Origin: the human T2T-CHM13v2.0 reference genome, Homo sapiens
NCBI RefSeq assembly: GCF_009914755.1
Contig: NC_060928.1
DNA: 64,000 bases
Strand: one strand, 5' to 3'
Part shown: positions 14,136 through 27,298 of the stretch, piece after piece
Numbering within the stretch: the first letter of the stretch is position 1
Layout: each line of letters opens with the position of its first letter
The notes under the pieces: model-generated
What the model was told of the DNA's origin: nothing
What the model saw: only the letters and a program-made list of their open reading frames with translations
Database searches by the model: none
Position numbers and translations under genes: made by a program

Positions 14136-16759
14136 TTTATAAGGTATTACCATAATTCTTTATATTATTTTATTATCTGAAAATTAGAAACACACCAGTT
14201 CCTTAGAGAAAATAAAGCTTTTCTCAATATTATATAAAAAAATAAATTCCTCCATGGTTGCTTTGTTTATGGAAGTTCCACTTATGAGAAATTCAGTCTT
14301 ATATTTTCCATTGTCTTTTGGAATATCTACCTGAAATTTCCAAAGAGCACCTTATACCTAATTGTTTTTCTCAAACTAAGTTTGGCCCTTAAGTTGTTTT
14401 TTCCTTAGGGAATTTCTTAAAGGAATCTTGGAGATTATTTCAACAATTAAAGAAAAGGAAAACATATTGTCAGTCTCATTTTTTAAGAGAAAAAAGCTAT
14501 CCATCCTCACTATATACTAGAAATTGGATATACTTTATTTAGAAAACACAAAACATTAAATACAAGGCTGTACTAGTCAGTGAGACCTAGTCAGTGTATA
14601 CTTTTACTCCTTTTGGGAAGATACTTAATGATAGCTGCTCCCTACTTTTTGGATTTTGTCTTCAGTTCAGATGAACCAAAGCGAGATATCTACATATCCA
14701 CCCTAGATATCCTAGTTTTATGGGACACGGCTCGGGGAGAATGTGGCATATTCTGATGCACACTGCAGGTGTGTGGCTAAGCAAAACATAAACCTGTGGA
14801 ATGTAGCTTACTTATCTGTTCAGATAAAAAACTAAATCCTCAATTGGTCTTTTTGGCTTTTCCTCCTCAGGTCATTTTAGGAGTTAGGAAGAATGCCTAA
14901 TGAAGAAGGAATTTAACATATCACTATTTGGACCATGGAAATAGGTTAACTTCCTCCTTCACCTGGCTTTCTTTATGGGGAAGGTAATGTACCAACTATT
15001 ACCAACTATTATTATATACTTTTTTAGATCAGAAGTGGGAACATTGCTGACAGGTACCTGCCACTCTTGTTTGTTCAAAATTCCCAGTACACAAAATTAA
15101 TAATTAGAGATAAAACCATTTCTTTTCTTTTTGTTGTGATAAAAGACAATAAAGACTAGAATAGCCAAGACTAGAAGACAAGAGACTACAGATAAAATGA
15201 TGGGGAAGATTTGTCATTTTGGAGTTTAGAAGACCAATCATTTCACACTGATTTTATGAATAATTTTTTTTATGTTATGTGTTCAGTGTAACATAGTAGC
15301 ACTTATTTATGTCATAAAACTGACTTAAAACTCTGTTTCATTTGGGAGGATATTAGCGATACACTTCTTAAAAAGCACCTTTTCTGTTTCAGATGCTCTC
15401 CTTGAGCTTTGCTTCTTGGCATTAGCTGTACTGTGGCACAGAAGAAAACTATCTTTTTAAAAAATTTATTTGTAATATTATTTTGATTGACAAATCATAA
15501 TTACATACATTTATGGGGTACGATATGCTATTTTGATATATGTATGCAATGTAGAATAATTAAATCAAGCGAACATATCCATCACCTTACTTACCTATCA
15601 TTTTTTACAGTGAGACATTTGAAATTTACTCTCTTAGTTATAATACATTATTATTAATTATAGTACTTTGTTGTGAATTAGTCTCAAAACCTATTAATAT
15701 TTCTCCTCCCAGTATGAACTTTGTACCCGTTAATCAACAACTCCCCATTCCCTTCCTCCCTCCCACCCCCTCAGCCTTTGGTAACCACCATTCTACTCTC
15801 TACTTCTATCAGATCAACCTTTTTAGGTATAAGTGAGATAATGTAGTATTTGTCTTTCTGTGCCTGGATTAATTCACTTAGTATAATGTCTCCCATATTC
15901 ATCCATGTTGTGAAAATGATGGGATTTCCCACTTTTTAAGGCTGAATGTGTATAACACATTTTCTTTGTCCATTTATCCATTGATAAACCTTTACATGGA
16001 TTCCATATCTTGGCTATTGTGACTAATGCTGCAATAAATACAGAAGTCCAGATATGTCTTCAAAATAATGATTTCAGTTCCATTGTATATATACCCAGAA
16101 ATGGGATTATTTGATCACATGGCAGTTCTATTTTTAGCTTTTTGAGGAAACTCTATACTGTTTTCCATAATTGCTATATTAATTTATTTTCCTACCAACA
16201 ATGTGTAAAAGTTCTCTTTTATCTGAACCCTGTCCAAAACTTGTTATTTTTTTTTCTTTTTGATAAAAGCCATTCTAGCTAGCGGATATGAGGTGACATC
16301 TCATTGTGGGGTTTTTTTGCATTTCCTTGATGATTAGTGATACTGAGCATTTTTTAATCAACCTATTGGCTATTTTTACTCTTCTTCTGAGAAACATCTG
16401 TTCAGGTCCTTTGTCCATTTTTTTCATCGGGTTTATTTTCTTGCTACTGGGTTAAGTTCCTTATATATTTTGGATATTAACATCTTACCAGATGTATGGT
16501 TTACAAATATTTGCTCTCATTCTGTGGGTTGTCTTTTCACTTTGTTAATTATTTTCTTTGCTATGAAAAAGCTTTTCAGTTTAGTGCAATGTCATTTGTT
16601 TATTTTTGCTGTAGTTGCCTGTGCTTTTGGGGTCATATCCAAAAAGCCATTTTCCAAATCAATGTCATGGAGATTTTCCCCTATAATTTTTTTCTAATAT
16701 TTTTACTGTTTCAAGTTTCATATTTTAATGTTTAACATACTTGGGGGTTTTTTGCTGAT

Positions 16760-16895
16760 TTTTTAATTTTTTAAATGTTTTTTTTAATTTCCATAGGTTT
16801 TTGGAGAACTGGTGGTATTTGGTTACATGAGTAAGTTCTTTAGTGGTGATTTGTGAGATTTGGTGCACCTGTCACCCGAGCAGTATACACTGAAC
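16760..16895 (-). mobile_element. Short L1PB 3'-end fragment inserted in the L1MA
   Basis: TAGGTTTTTGGAGAACTGGTGGTATTTGGTTACATGAGTAAGTTCTTTAGTGGTGATTTGTGAGATT; TGTTTAA on both sides. Confidence 0.8.
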
Positions 16896-17199
16896 GTGTG
16901 TTTAATCTACTTTAAATTGACTTTTGTGTATGGTGTAAATTAAAGGCCTACTTTAATTGTTCTGCATATGAATATACAGTATTACCAACACCATTTAGTG
17001 AAAAGCTGTCCTTCCTTTATTGTGTATTCTTGATATCTTCTTCAAAAATGCATTGAGTACAAATGTATGGATTTATTTTTGGGTTTTCTAGCCTGTTCCA
17101 TTAGTCAATATGTCTATTCTATATCCAGTACCATGTTATTTTGATTACAATCATTTCACAATATGCTTTGAAAACCTGGAGTGCAATGCCTTCAGGTAT

Positions 17200-17522
17200 G
17201 TTTTTCTTTTTTTCTTTTTCATTTTTTATTATTTTAGAGACAGGATCTGTCTCTATTTCACAGGCTGGAGTGCAGTGGCACGACACTCACTCACTGCAGC
17301 CTCAAACTCCTGGGCCCAAGTGATTCTTCTACCCCAGCCTCCCAAATAGCTGGGACTACAGGTGTACACCACCACACCTGACTAGTTTTATTTTGTATTT
17401 TTTAGAGGTACAGCCTTACTATGTTTGCCCAGGCTGGTCTCAAACTCCTGGCCTCAAGCAATTCTCAGATCTTGTTCTTTCAAAGCATGAACATTACAGA
17501 TGTGAACCACCACTCCTGGCCC
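17200..17522 (-). mobile_element. AluJ
   Basis: CACTGCAGCCTCAAACTCCTGGGCCCAAGTGAT; diverged dimer. Confidence 0.92.
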
Positions 17523-17902
17523 AGCTTTATTTTACTTGCTCAAGATTGATTTTGCTACTTGGAATCTTTGTGATTCCATACAAATTTAAGTATTTGTTTT
17601 CTATTTCTGTGATAAATGACATTGAAATTTTGATTGGGATTGATTGCACTGAATCTGTAGATTGCTTTAGGTAGGACAGACATTTTCACAATGTTAATTA
17701 TTTCAATCCATGAACACATGATATCTTTCCATTTATTTGTGTTTTCTTCCATTTATTTTATCAGTGTTTTAATGTCTTCAATATACAGGTCTTCTACCTT
17801 TTGGCTTAAATTTGTGCCTAAGTATTTAAATTTTTTGGTTATTATCATAAATGGGATTGTTTTCTTAATTTCCTGTTTAGACAATCTGCTATTAGTACAA
17901 TT

Positions 17903-18049
17903 CAACTGACCTTTGAACTACTCAGGGATTAGGAGTGCCAACCCTCCATGCAGTCAACAATCCATGTAGGTAATCTATACTTTTATTGAAAAAAATTCAC
18001 ATGTAAATGCCCCCTCACAGTTCAAACCCATGTTATTCAAGGATCACCT
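17903..18049. mobile_element. MER8/Tigger2-type MITE, internally deleted
   Basis: TIR-like ends CAACTGACCTTTGAAC...GTTATTCAAGGATCAC; ACAGTTCAAACCCATGTT. Confidence 0.75.
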
Positions 18050-18899
18050 TAAAAAGGAAAAAGTAATAAATAGCATCCAAGAAATAGGGGATCCAATAAA
18101 AGGCAAAGGAAATTTGTACAATGGTGCTGAATGCTCCAGGAGGACAGACAATCAGTTCTGTGTTGGAGAGAAGGCTCCACAAAAAGGTCTCTAGGAATAA
18201 AACAGAAATGATAAGCTAAAAAAATTTCTTAAAAATCACTACTGATTTTTATATGTTGATTTTGTTTCATGCAACTTTACAGGATTCACTTACCAACTCC
18301 TGTTTTTTGGTGGAGTCTTTAGGGCTTTTTTATAGACAAGATTATGTTGTTCACAAACAGAGACTTTTTGACTTCTTCCTTTCTTATTAGGATGCTTTTT
18401 GTTTCTTACTGTTGCCAAATTCTCTGGCTAGTAATTCAAGTGGTATGTTGAAAAGAAATGGTAAAAGTAGGGGGCATTAAATTTTGTCAAATACTTTTTC
18501 TGCATGTATTGAAATGATCAAATAATTTTGTGCTTCATTTTGTTAATGTGATGTATTCACACTCATTAATTTGTGTACGTTAAAATATTCTTGCATTTCA
18601 GGGATAAACCCCACTTGATCATGGTGAATGAATCTCTTAATGTAGTCTTGAATTCTGCTTGCTATTATTTTATTGAGTATTTGCGCATGTATGGTTATTA
18701 GGGATAATGGCACTTTTCTTGCAGTAGCTCTCTGGCTTTTTTTTTTTTTTTTTTAATCAGGGTAATGCTAGCCTTGTAAGATAAACTTGGAAATATGAGA
18801 GGAAGTTATTTTTTATTTTCTTCTTCCTCTTCGAAATAGTAACACTGAAACAGTTAAAAACATGAAACAACACCATAAATGGCACATTTCTACCTTGTG

Positions 18900-20660
18900 G
18901 AAATACTTTTAGTACATATTAAATAAAAACTTTCAAAGATAACCAAAAGCAGAGAGATCGTTGTAAACCATTCCATGTACTCATCACCCAGTCTCAATTA
19001 CTGACATTTTGCCAGACTTGTGTCATTGTTTAATAACCATTCCAGTTTTCCTTTGTGTGTGTATACTGTTTTAAAGCAAATAATAAAAATTACGCTATAC
19101 TACCCATAAATATTACTAAGCATTTTAACCCCATAAGAACTTTAAAAATATCCACCACAGTATTATTGCACTTCATACAGCTAACTAAATTTGTCATCAA
19201 TATTGAAATTTCACCAGTTGCGACAAAAATATACTTTGTTTTTTTTTTCAAAATAACATCCAGCAAATATCCACACATTGCATGTGTAATTAGGTTTAAG
19301 TCTTTTTTATTCTATAACAACCTTCCTTCCTTCTCTTTGCTTTTATTCCCTTCCATGCCATTGTTTTTTTGTTTGGTTTGGTTTTTCAAAATTTATGTTA
19401 TCTGTTCCATAAAATGTCCCATATTCTGATATTTGAATGACTGATTCCTCATGGGTTTGTGTACTTGTACCCCTATGTTTCTTGTAAAGTGGTATTAGTT
19501 CAGATTTATGTTCAATTTTTGTAAGCAAGGACATTTTATGGATACTTTTTATTTTATTACATTACGGAGCATTTAATGTCTACTTATCCCACTTTTAGAG
19601 ATGCTAATTATAACCAGTGGATTCAGGGGCTGTCAGACTGATCTATCCTTTACAAATCTTTTCCACACTCTTTCAATTAATGGTTTTAGTATTCACTGAT
19701 GATAACTTATTATGTAACTAAGAATTGCAAAATAGAATATCATTCCCGTCATTCTTTTACATTTATTAGCCATATTATTTTTAATAAGGAAACATTATTC
19801 TACATCAAGTATTCTGTGAGACTAAAATATAACATGTACAATGAGTTTGTTTGCTACGGCTGCCATAACAAATTACCACACACTTGGTGACTTAAACAAC
19901 AGAATTTTTTTTTTTTTTTTTTAAGTTCTGGAGGCTCAAGTCCAAGACAAGATGTCAGCAGGATTGGTTTATTCAAAGGCCTCTTGCCTTGGCTGTAGAT
20001 GGTCATCTTCTCACTGTGTCTTTACATGGCTGTACCTCTGGTGTCTCTCTTTTCTTATCAGCATATCAGTTATATTGGATAAGATCCCATCTTTATGACC
20101 TCTTTTATCTTAATTATCTCTTTAAAGGCCCTATATCAATATAATAGTTACATTCTGAGTTACTGAGGGTTAAAAATTCAACATAAATTTTAGAGAAACA
20201 CAAAGCAATCCAAAATTTATGGAAAAGGCAGAATAAATGTTTTCTTTTATCCTTTTAATTAATCACTTTCAAAATAATAACATTACCTAGAAACACTCAC
20301 TAATAACCAGTGCCAGTTCATCATTTTTGTGTCAATAAAAAAATGATTTTTTTATGTATATATGGTGGGTTAAAATTTATTATAGTAATTATTAATCTTT
20401 ATGTTGTCATTGTTATTTCATTTTAGGCTAGCAGGAATAAAGTAAAATGTAGCATTTCTTTTTGTTGTAACTTGACTTTTCTTTGCACATTTTTGCATAG
20501 GATATTTATATTTTACTTTTTAACTTATAGACTACCAATAAGAAATATTACAGTTTTATCTATGGATAATATAAAAATATATATTCTGGTTTGCCAAATA
20601 TTTTTATTTTCATTTTCTATGCAAATGTCTCTTTATGTTCTATATTGTCAAATGTATCTA
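18900..20660 (-). mobile_element. L1MC4/5-like old L1 3' region, split by MLT1B; resumes at ~22870-23080 after the THE1
   Basis: CCATGTACTCATCACCCAG...ATCCACACATTGCAT...ACCAGTGGATTCAGGGGCTGTCAG. Confidence 0.6.
19838..20215 (-). mobile_element. MLT1B LTR
   Basis: GGCTGCCATAACAAATTACCACACACTTGGTGACTTAAACAACAGAA...GTTCTGGAGGCT...GTTACATTCTGAGTTACTGAGGGTTA. Confidence 0.88.
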
Positions 20661-20662
20661 TC

Positions 20663-22861
20663 TGTATTAGTCCATTTTCACACTGCTATGAAGACATACT
20701 TGAGACTGGGTAATTTATAAAGAAAACAGGTTTAATTGACTCACACTTCCACTCACAGGGGAGGCCAAAGGAAACTTAAAATCATGAGGAGAGGGGAGGA
20801 AGTCACGTCCTACATGGTGGCAGGCAAGAGAGAGCAAGAGCAGGGAAAACTGCCTTATACAACCATCAGATCCCATGAGAACGCACTCACTATCACTCAC
20901 TATCACAAGTACAACATGGGGGAAACCACCCCCATGATCCAATCACCTCCCACATAGTTCCTCCCTTGACATGTGGGGATTATGTGGATTACAATTTGAG
21001 ATGAGAATTGGGTAGGGACATAGCCAAACCATATCATTCTACCCCTGGCCCCTCCCAAATCTCACATCCTCACATTTGAAAACACAATCATACCTTCCCA
21101 ACAGTCCCCCAAAGTCTTAACTCATTTCAGCATTAATCCAAAAGTCCACAGTCCAAAGTCTCATCTGAGACAAGGCAAGTGCCTTCTGCCTATGAGCTGA
21201 TAAAATAAAAAACAAATTAGTTCCTTCCAAGATACAATGGGGGTACAGCATTGGGTTAATACACCCATTCCAAATAGGAAAAATTGGCCAAAACCAAGGG
21301 GCTACAGGCCCCATGCAAGTCCAAAATCCACGGGGGCAGTTATTAAATCTTAAAGCTCCAAAATGATCTCCTTTGACTCCATGTCTCACACCCAGGGCAT
21401 GCTGATGCAGGGGTGGGCTCCCATGGCCTTGGGCAGCTCCTTCATATGCTGGTTTTATGTGTTTATGGCTTTTCCAGGTGCATGGTGCAAGCTGTTGGTG
21501 GATCTACCATTTGGGGGACTGGAGGATGGTGGCCCTCTTTTCACTGCTCCACTAGGCAGTACCACAGTGGGGACTCTGTGTGGGGGCTCCAACCCCACAT
21601 TTCCCTTCCACACTGCCCTAGCAGAGGTTCACAATGAGGGCACTGCATCTGTAGCAGATTTCTGCCTGGATATCCAGGCATTTCCATGCATCCTCTGAAA
21701 TCTAGGCAGAGGTTCCCAAACTTCAATTATTGACTTCTGTGTACCTGTAGGGCCAACACCACATAGAAGCCACCAAGGCTTGGGGCTTGCACCTTCTGAA
21801 GCAATGGCCTGAGCTGTACCTTGGCCCCTTTTAGCTATAGCTGGAGCTGAAGTAGCTGGGACACAGGGCACCAGGTCTCAAGGCTACACAGAGCAGGAGG
21901 GCCATAGGCCTTGTCCATGAAACCATTTTTTCCTTATAGGCCTCTAGGCCTGTGATGGGAGGGGCTGCCACCAAATTTCTGACATGCCCTGGAGACATTT
22001 TCCCTATTGTCATAGTGATTAACATTCAGCTCCCTGTTCCTTATGCAAATTTTTGCAGCCTGCTTGAATTTTTCCTCAGAAAATGGGTTTTTCTTTTCTA
22101 TCGCATTGTCAGGCTGTAAATTTTCCAAACTTGTATGCTCTACTTCCCTTTTAAATATAAATTCAAATTTCAGATCACTGCTCTCAAGTTCAAAGTTCCA
22201 CAGATCTCTAGGGCAGGGGCAAAATAATGCCAGTCTCTTTGCTAAAGCATAGCAAGAGTCATCTTTGCTGCAGTTCCCAACAAGTTCTTCTTCACCATCT
22301 GAGACCACCTCAGCCTGGACTTCATTGTCCTCATCATTGTCAGCATTTTAGTCGAAACCATTCAACAAGTCTCTAGGAAGTTCCACACTTTCCCACATCT
22401 TCCTGTCTGCCTCTGAGCCCTCCAAACTGTTCCAACCTCTGCTTGTTACCCAGTTCCAAAGTTGCTTCCACATTTTCAAGTATCTTTATAGCAATACCCC
22501 ACTCTCCACGGTACCAATTTACTACACTAGTTCATTTTCACATTGCTATAAATCTGAGACTGAGTAATTTATAAAGAAAAGAGGCTTAACTGACTCACAG
22601 TTCTACATGGCTGGGGAAGCCAAAGGAAACTTACAATCATGGCAAAAGGGGAAGAAGTCACATCTTACATGCTGGCATGCAAGAGAGAGCCAGAGCCTTA
22701 TAAAACCATTAGATCTCTTGAGAACTCACTCACTATCATGAGAACAGCTTGGGGAAACCACCCCCATGATCCAATCACCTCCCACCTATTCTCTCCCTCA
22801 AGGCATGGGGATTAAAACTGGAGATGAGATTTGAATGGGGACACAGAGCCAAACCATATCA
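20663..22861 (-). mobile_element. Full-length THE1 (C/D-like) MaLR provirus: LTR 20663-21036, internal 21037-22522, LTR 22523-22861
   Basis: Two direct LTRs ending CCAAACCATATCA; TSD CTATC/CCATC. ORF 21934-22308(-) VSDGEEELVGN...CYALAKRL..FCPCPRDLWNFELE is the THE1-int frame. Confidence 0.95.
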
Positions 22862-23159
22862 CCATCTTTTCTTTAATTGCTTCAAATAAATTAAAAGTTA
22901 TGGTTAGGAAATACTCTCTACCCCTAGGTTGTAAAAAATTTCAATTTAATTATTATTTTAATACTTATATATTTAATTTCAAAACTCTGACCCATTTGGA
23001 ATTTGTCTTGACAGATTTGGTGAGGATTATACACAATTTTCTCTTTTCCATATGATGAATTATTGCTTTAAACATTATTAATTAGTAAAGGCTCCATCAT
23101 ATCACTTAATAATAGCACCAATTAAATACTAACACCTGGAGGTCTGGAGGTGGCTGAGA

Positions 23160-24150
23160 CCTATTCTATCTGATGTGATATATTTTGCTGTGAATCTGAA
23201 AACTATATATACATATATCATTTGTCTTATATTTAGGATATAGAGGCCTGGAAACCGAGAGATGGATTTAAAAGTACTTCCTCTCAACTGTACTTCAAAT
23301 GGCCCTTCAGATTCATTTTTCTCCTGTTTAATAATGTCAGCTCTGTTAGTTTAGAGATCTACTTCCCAACAGAATAATGTTTCCACCCAGGGACACAGTG
23401 GTTGCATTTAGTGGTAAGTCAGGATTGTCATCCTAGTTTTTTGTACTTTCTGAGTCTCTGAGCCAATAGAGAAGTTACTGTACTGGCTTGAGTGATCAGC
23501 TGTTATTATTAAGAAGAATGTGAGGTGGAGAGGGGGCAGGAGCAGTAGCTCAAGCCTAAAATCCCAGCAAAAGATCACTGGAGGCCAGGAGTTCGAGACC
23601 AGCCTAGATGACATAGAGACCTCATTTCTCCAAAAAAAATTAATTAGGCATGATGATGCACACTTGGAAGGCTGAGGTGGAAGAATCACTTGAGTCCCAG
23701 ATGTTGAGGCTGTAGTGAACTGGGATTGCTCCCCTACACTCCAGCTTGGGTGACAGAGCAAGGCAGAAAGAAAAGAAAAGAAAAGGAAAGAGGAGAAAAG
23801 AGGAGAAGAGAAGAGAGAAAAGAAAAGAAAGAAAATAAAAGGAAAAAAGAAAAGAAAAAGAACGAGGGGGTTCCTGTTACATATAACGGCAAAGGAGGAG
23901 AGTGGATGGAGTCTAGAAAATTGTTTAGATTACCATTTGGTACTTTATGTCCAGTGGTAAAAGTTAGTGGAAGACTATGTCAACTAAATACAAACAGGAG
24001 AACTAAAGCTCATCATGTGTCAAAATAAGGGTTTTGAGTCACCCTGGCAAGCACAGACCCTTCAGTAGGTATTTTGACTGAGAACAATGGAAAATATAAC
24101 AGCTAGTGGCTGCTGGAAGTTGTAAGTAACAACAATGATAAGATTAGAAG
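23160..24150 (+). mobile_element. ERVL internal remnant (post-integrase/dUTPase region), split by an Alu
   Basis: ATGTTTCCACCCAGGGACACA...GTTACTGTACTGGCTTGAGTGATC...CCAGTGGTAAAAGTTAGTGGAAGACTA...GGTTTTGAGTCACCC, colinear with the recalled ERVL-int 3' end. Confidence 0.65.
23534..23862 (+). mobile_element. Degraded AluJ with ~100-bp (GAAAA)n purine tail
   Basis: GAGGCCAGGAGTTCGAGACCAGCCT...GAGGCTGTAGTGAACT; tail at 23765-23862. Confidence 0.88.
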
Positions 24151-26419
24151 AACTACTGAAATGTCCAAATCTGAGGCACTATTCAAGAGTCATTCATATT
24201 GGATTCTATGTAAAGGCACACACTCACAGCACAAAACTAGTGCTAGAACAAATATGAAATATCACCCCAAAAGTTCTTCAGTGCAGTCTCCTAAGCTATG
24301 ATTTCATAACTAACAAGGACTGTGAAAATGATACAAATTTTCTTTGTTCTATAGTCTGTCTATGCCATGATGGTGGTCATGAAAATCAAATTTATCAGCT
24401 CCCAATTTATCAGCTAAATTGACAGGATGTCAATTTAGATTTGTACCTGAGCCACAGGAATAGTGATCATCACCAAAAGATGAAAGAACTCTTTCGTAGG
24501 GGAGAAAGATAACCCATCCCTGTTTATGGGTAAGAGGGTTGCATTATATCAGGAACATATTACTGTTGCAATTCCTGCTGCTTTATTAGGTTTGTTTGTG
24601 GAGTTTCCTAGCGGGAGAATTAGGAAAGATATCATCAAAAGGTTCCTTCTGAAAACATTCCAGTTCCCTTTAAGTATGCCTTTGGTGTTGTGGATTCTAG
24701 AATGCTAATCTTTGTCTCTCCATGATTCCCACATAGCCTGGGTCCTGGATAGGATTTAGATTCCACAGATACTCTCACAGTGCCATTTGGCTGTAGAAAA
24801 GAACTAAATGTGAAGAAAAGCAGGATATAAAACATTTATTTGCTGGCATGTATAGAAATATAACTGGTGTCATTCTGCTGTCAGCATGTCAGAAGATTTT
24901 AGACTTTTCTGCAGTGGTTATGAAAGCTTTAACCATGTTACAGGGGCAGACTGATACTGGAGTTTGAAAGCTACTCTTGGAGACATGGGCTGCCTACTAT
25001 TTTGGCCTTCCAACAATTTTATAAGAAACTCAATAGATAACGATAAATACCTTCAAGCTTAAAATCGCGATTATGATTTCTGCTGTGCGCAATGAAACTC
25101 TGAGTGAAACAGGTAACATATTCTGCTTATCAGATTTACACCACCTTTGCTAAAACAAATTTCTTGCAAAGATATGATACCAAGTTCTGTAATTAAACAA
25201 GGAAAGAGAAAAACTATCAAATTATAATTTTAAAAAAGAATTAAATAACTTCTTAACATCTCTAGTAGAGAACTGCAATATGTAATTGATTTCAGAAAAT
25301 ATAGTTTAAATGAAAGCAAACCATTTTTTATGATTCTCTACTTCATACACAATGCAAAGTATCAGGATTCTACCATGTTGGTTACATTTCTGTTTTTCCT
25401 GTTTTAAATTCAAGAATTATAGAAGAGAACAAAATCTTAAAAGGTCATTCAAATAAAATAGTCCAGAGAATATTTCTAGATCTATACTTCATCGTTATAA
25501 AATTTTTTAAAGTAAAAAAAGTTTAAAAAGAGACAATTATTTTATTAATATGATGAAAAAGTGAGACTTAACATACAAAACTTTAGTATTACAGTTCTTT
25601 GTGATTGTACTGAATTCATATATATGTATATATATGTGCTATGTTATTTACCTTTAATGTGAGTTGATTAATAATAAAGACTTTTAAGTGCTGTGAAGAA
25701 TAAATTAACAAAAAGGACTATTCTGAAGATGAATGATGTGACCTAGGTACCCAGCTAAACAAGTTATGTAAACACTGCATAGAAGGGAGGCATATAAATC
25801 TATCATACATATTTTATACTGGACAACACAACCATCTGGGAGAATGCAAAGATTTATTGTCCAAGTGCTGTTGTTGTATGTAGTTCTCTGTCTTTTTCAC
25901 ATCGCAGTAGTTTTGTCTGAAATGTTGTCTTAGCCATAGTTTCTCATACTTTATCATTAACAAATGTCTAAGCTATGATTTAAGTCATCTAAATTAGCCA
26001 TTTATTACATTATTCACTCATTGTGGACAATTTTTTATTACTTTGAAATCTATGGTAATAAAAATCTATACAATGATTTTAAGCCCTAAGTATTTCACTT
26101 ATAGTCTTTCAATAGTCTACTCAATTAGCTTGTTTAAATATTATTCTTAGTGTTTTAGTTGTGTCAGAATTGACAAATAAATTGTAAAAATTGATGCTCC
26201 TGATAAAATGGTACTTTACCATGCCTTATGATTTCACTTTCTATAAATGCTTCAAGAAAAATGTGCTAAGTACTATTGCAAAAAACTCTTTTGTCACTTT
26301 TTTTTTGATGCATGATTAGAGAGGGAAAGATAAGTATAAGAAGGTTTTCTAGATCTGAATCATTGATGGGTAAATTGGAAAACATCACTTCATATGTCAC
26401 GTGAGGAATGACTCAACCA

Positions 26420-26730
26420 GAGCTCAGTAATTTATTGGGTTACTCTATCCCAAATAGGACTAGACTTTGTGGAACAAAGATGAAAAAAAGATAATTCCTA
26501 ATTTCAAGGATTTATGATCTGAAACTCATATATCCAGGTCTCACAAAAGAATAACTAGTCAAGTATTATAAGAGATGCAGAGAATTACACACTTGAGTAT
26601 GATTTTATTTTTCTGTGATGTAGTGGAAATCACAGACTTCAGATAAACTTTAAATGATCTTGAATAATGAATAGGTTTTTGGAACAAAGAAGATACTTCA
26701 GGTCGAAGAATCATGAGCATGAACAAAAGA
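26420..26730 (-). mobile_element. L2 fragment
   Basis: ATTTATTGGGTTACTCTAT...ACAAAGATGAAAAAAAGATAATTCCTAATTTCAAGGA. Confidence 0.5.
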
Positions 26731-26925
26731 AATTATCTAGAAAAAAATTTGGTCATAAGTGTCTAATATAGTAGTACCCTGAATAATGAATGTGGCTATT
26801 CATTCATTATAAAATCAAATGTGTGGTTTATGTTTTTTCTGAATTAAACACAAAAATTCAAAAGTTACGAAAAGCTTGCCGTGAAATGCAAACTTCTTTC
26901 TCTTGTATTCCAGGTCAGAGAATAA

Positions 26926-27298
<373 letters not shown>

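Larger units (their letters stand above)
15455..18800 (-). mobile_element. L1MA (about L1MA6-9), 3' portion, with nested insertions
   Basis: Antisense 3'UTR CATTTATGGGGTAC...GTGAGACATTTGAAATTTACTCTCTTAG. ORF 17555-17752(-) NKWKDIMCSWI...MSVLPKAIYRFSAI is ORF2p. Confidence 0.92.

Noticed and set aside
14666-14768. Possible exon between TTTTGTCTTCAG and CAG/GTGTGT
   Set aside because: Stop codons in all three frames and a weak donor; no support without transcript data.
23726-24028. 100-aa Lys/Glu/Arg-rich ORF
   Set aside because: Read-through of an Alu end and its purine tail into ERVL remnant sequence.
24915-25112. Possible exon ending CAG/GTAACA, with the CpG palindrome AATCGCGATT nearby
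   Set aside because: All frames are closed, and such splice-like words are expected by chance in 64 kb.
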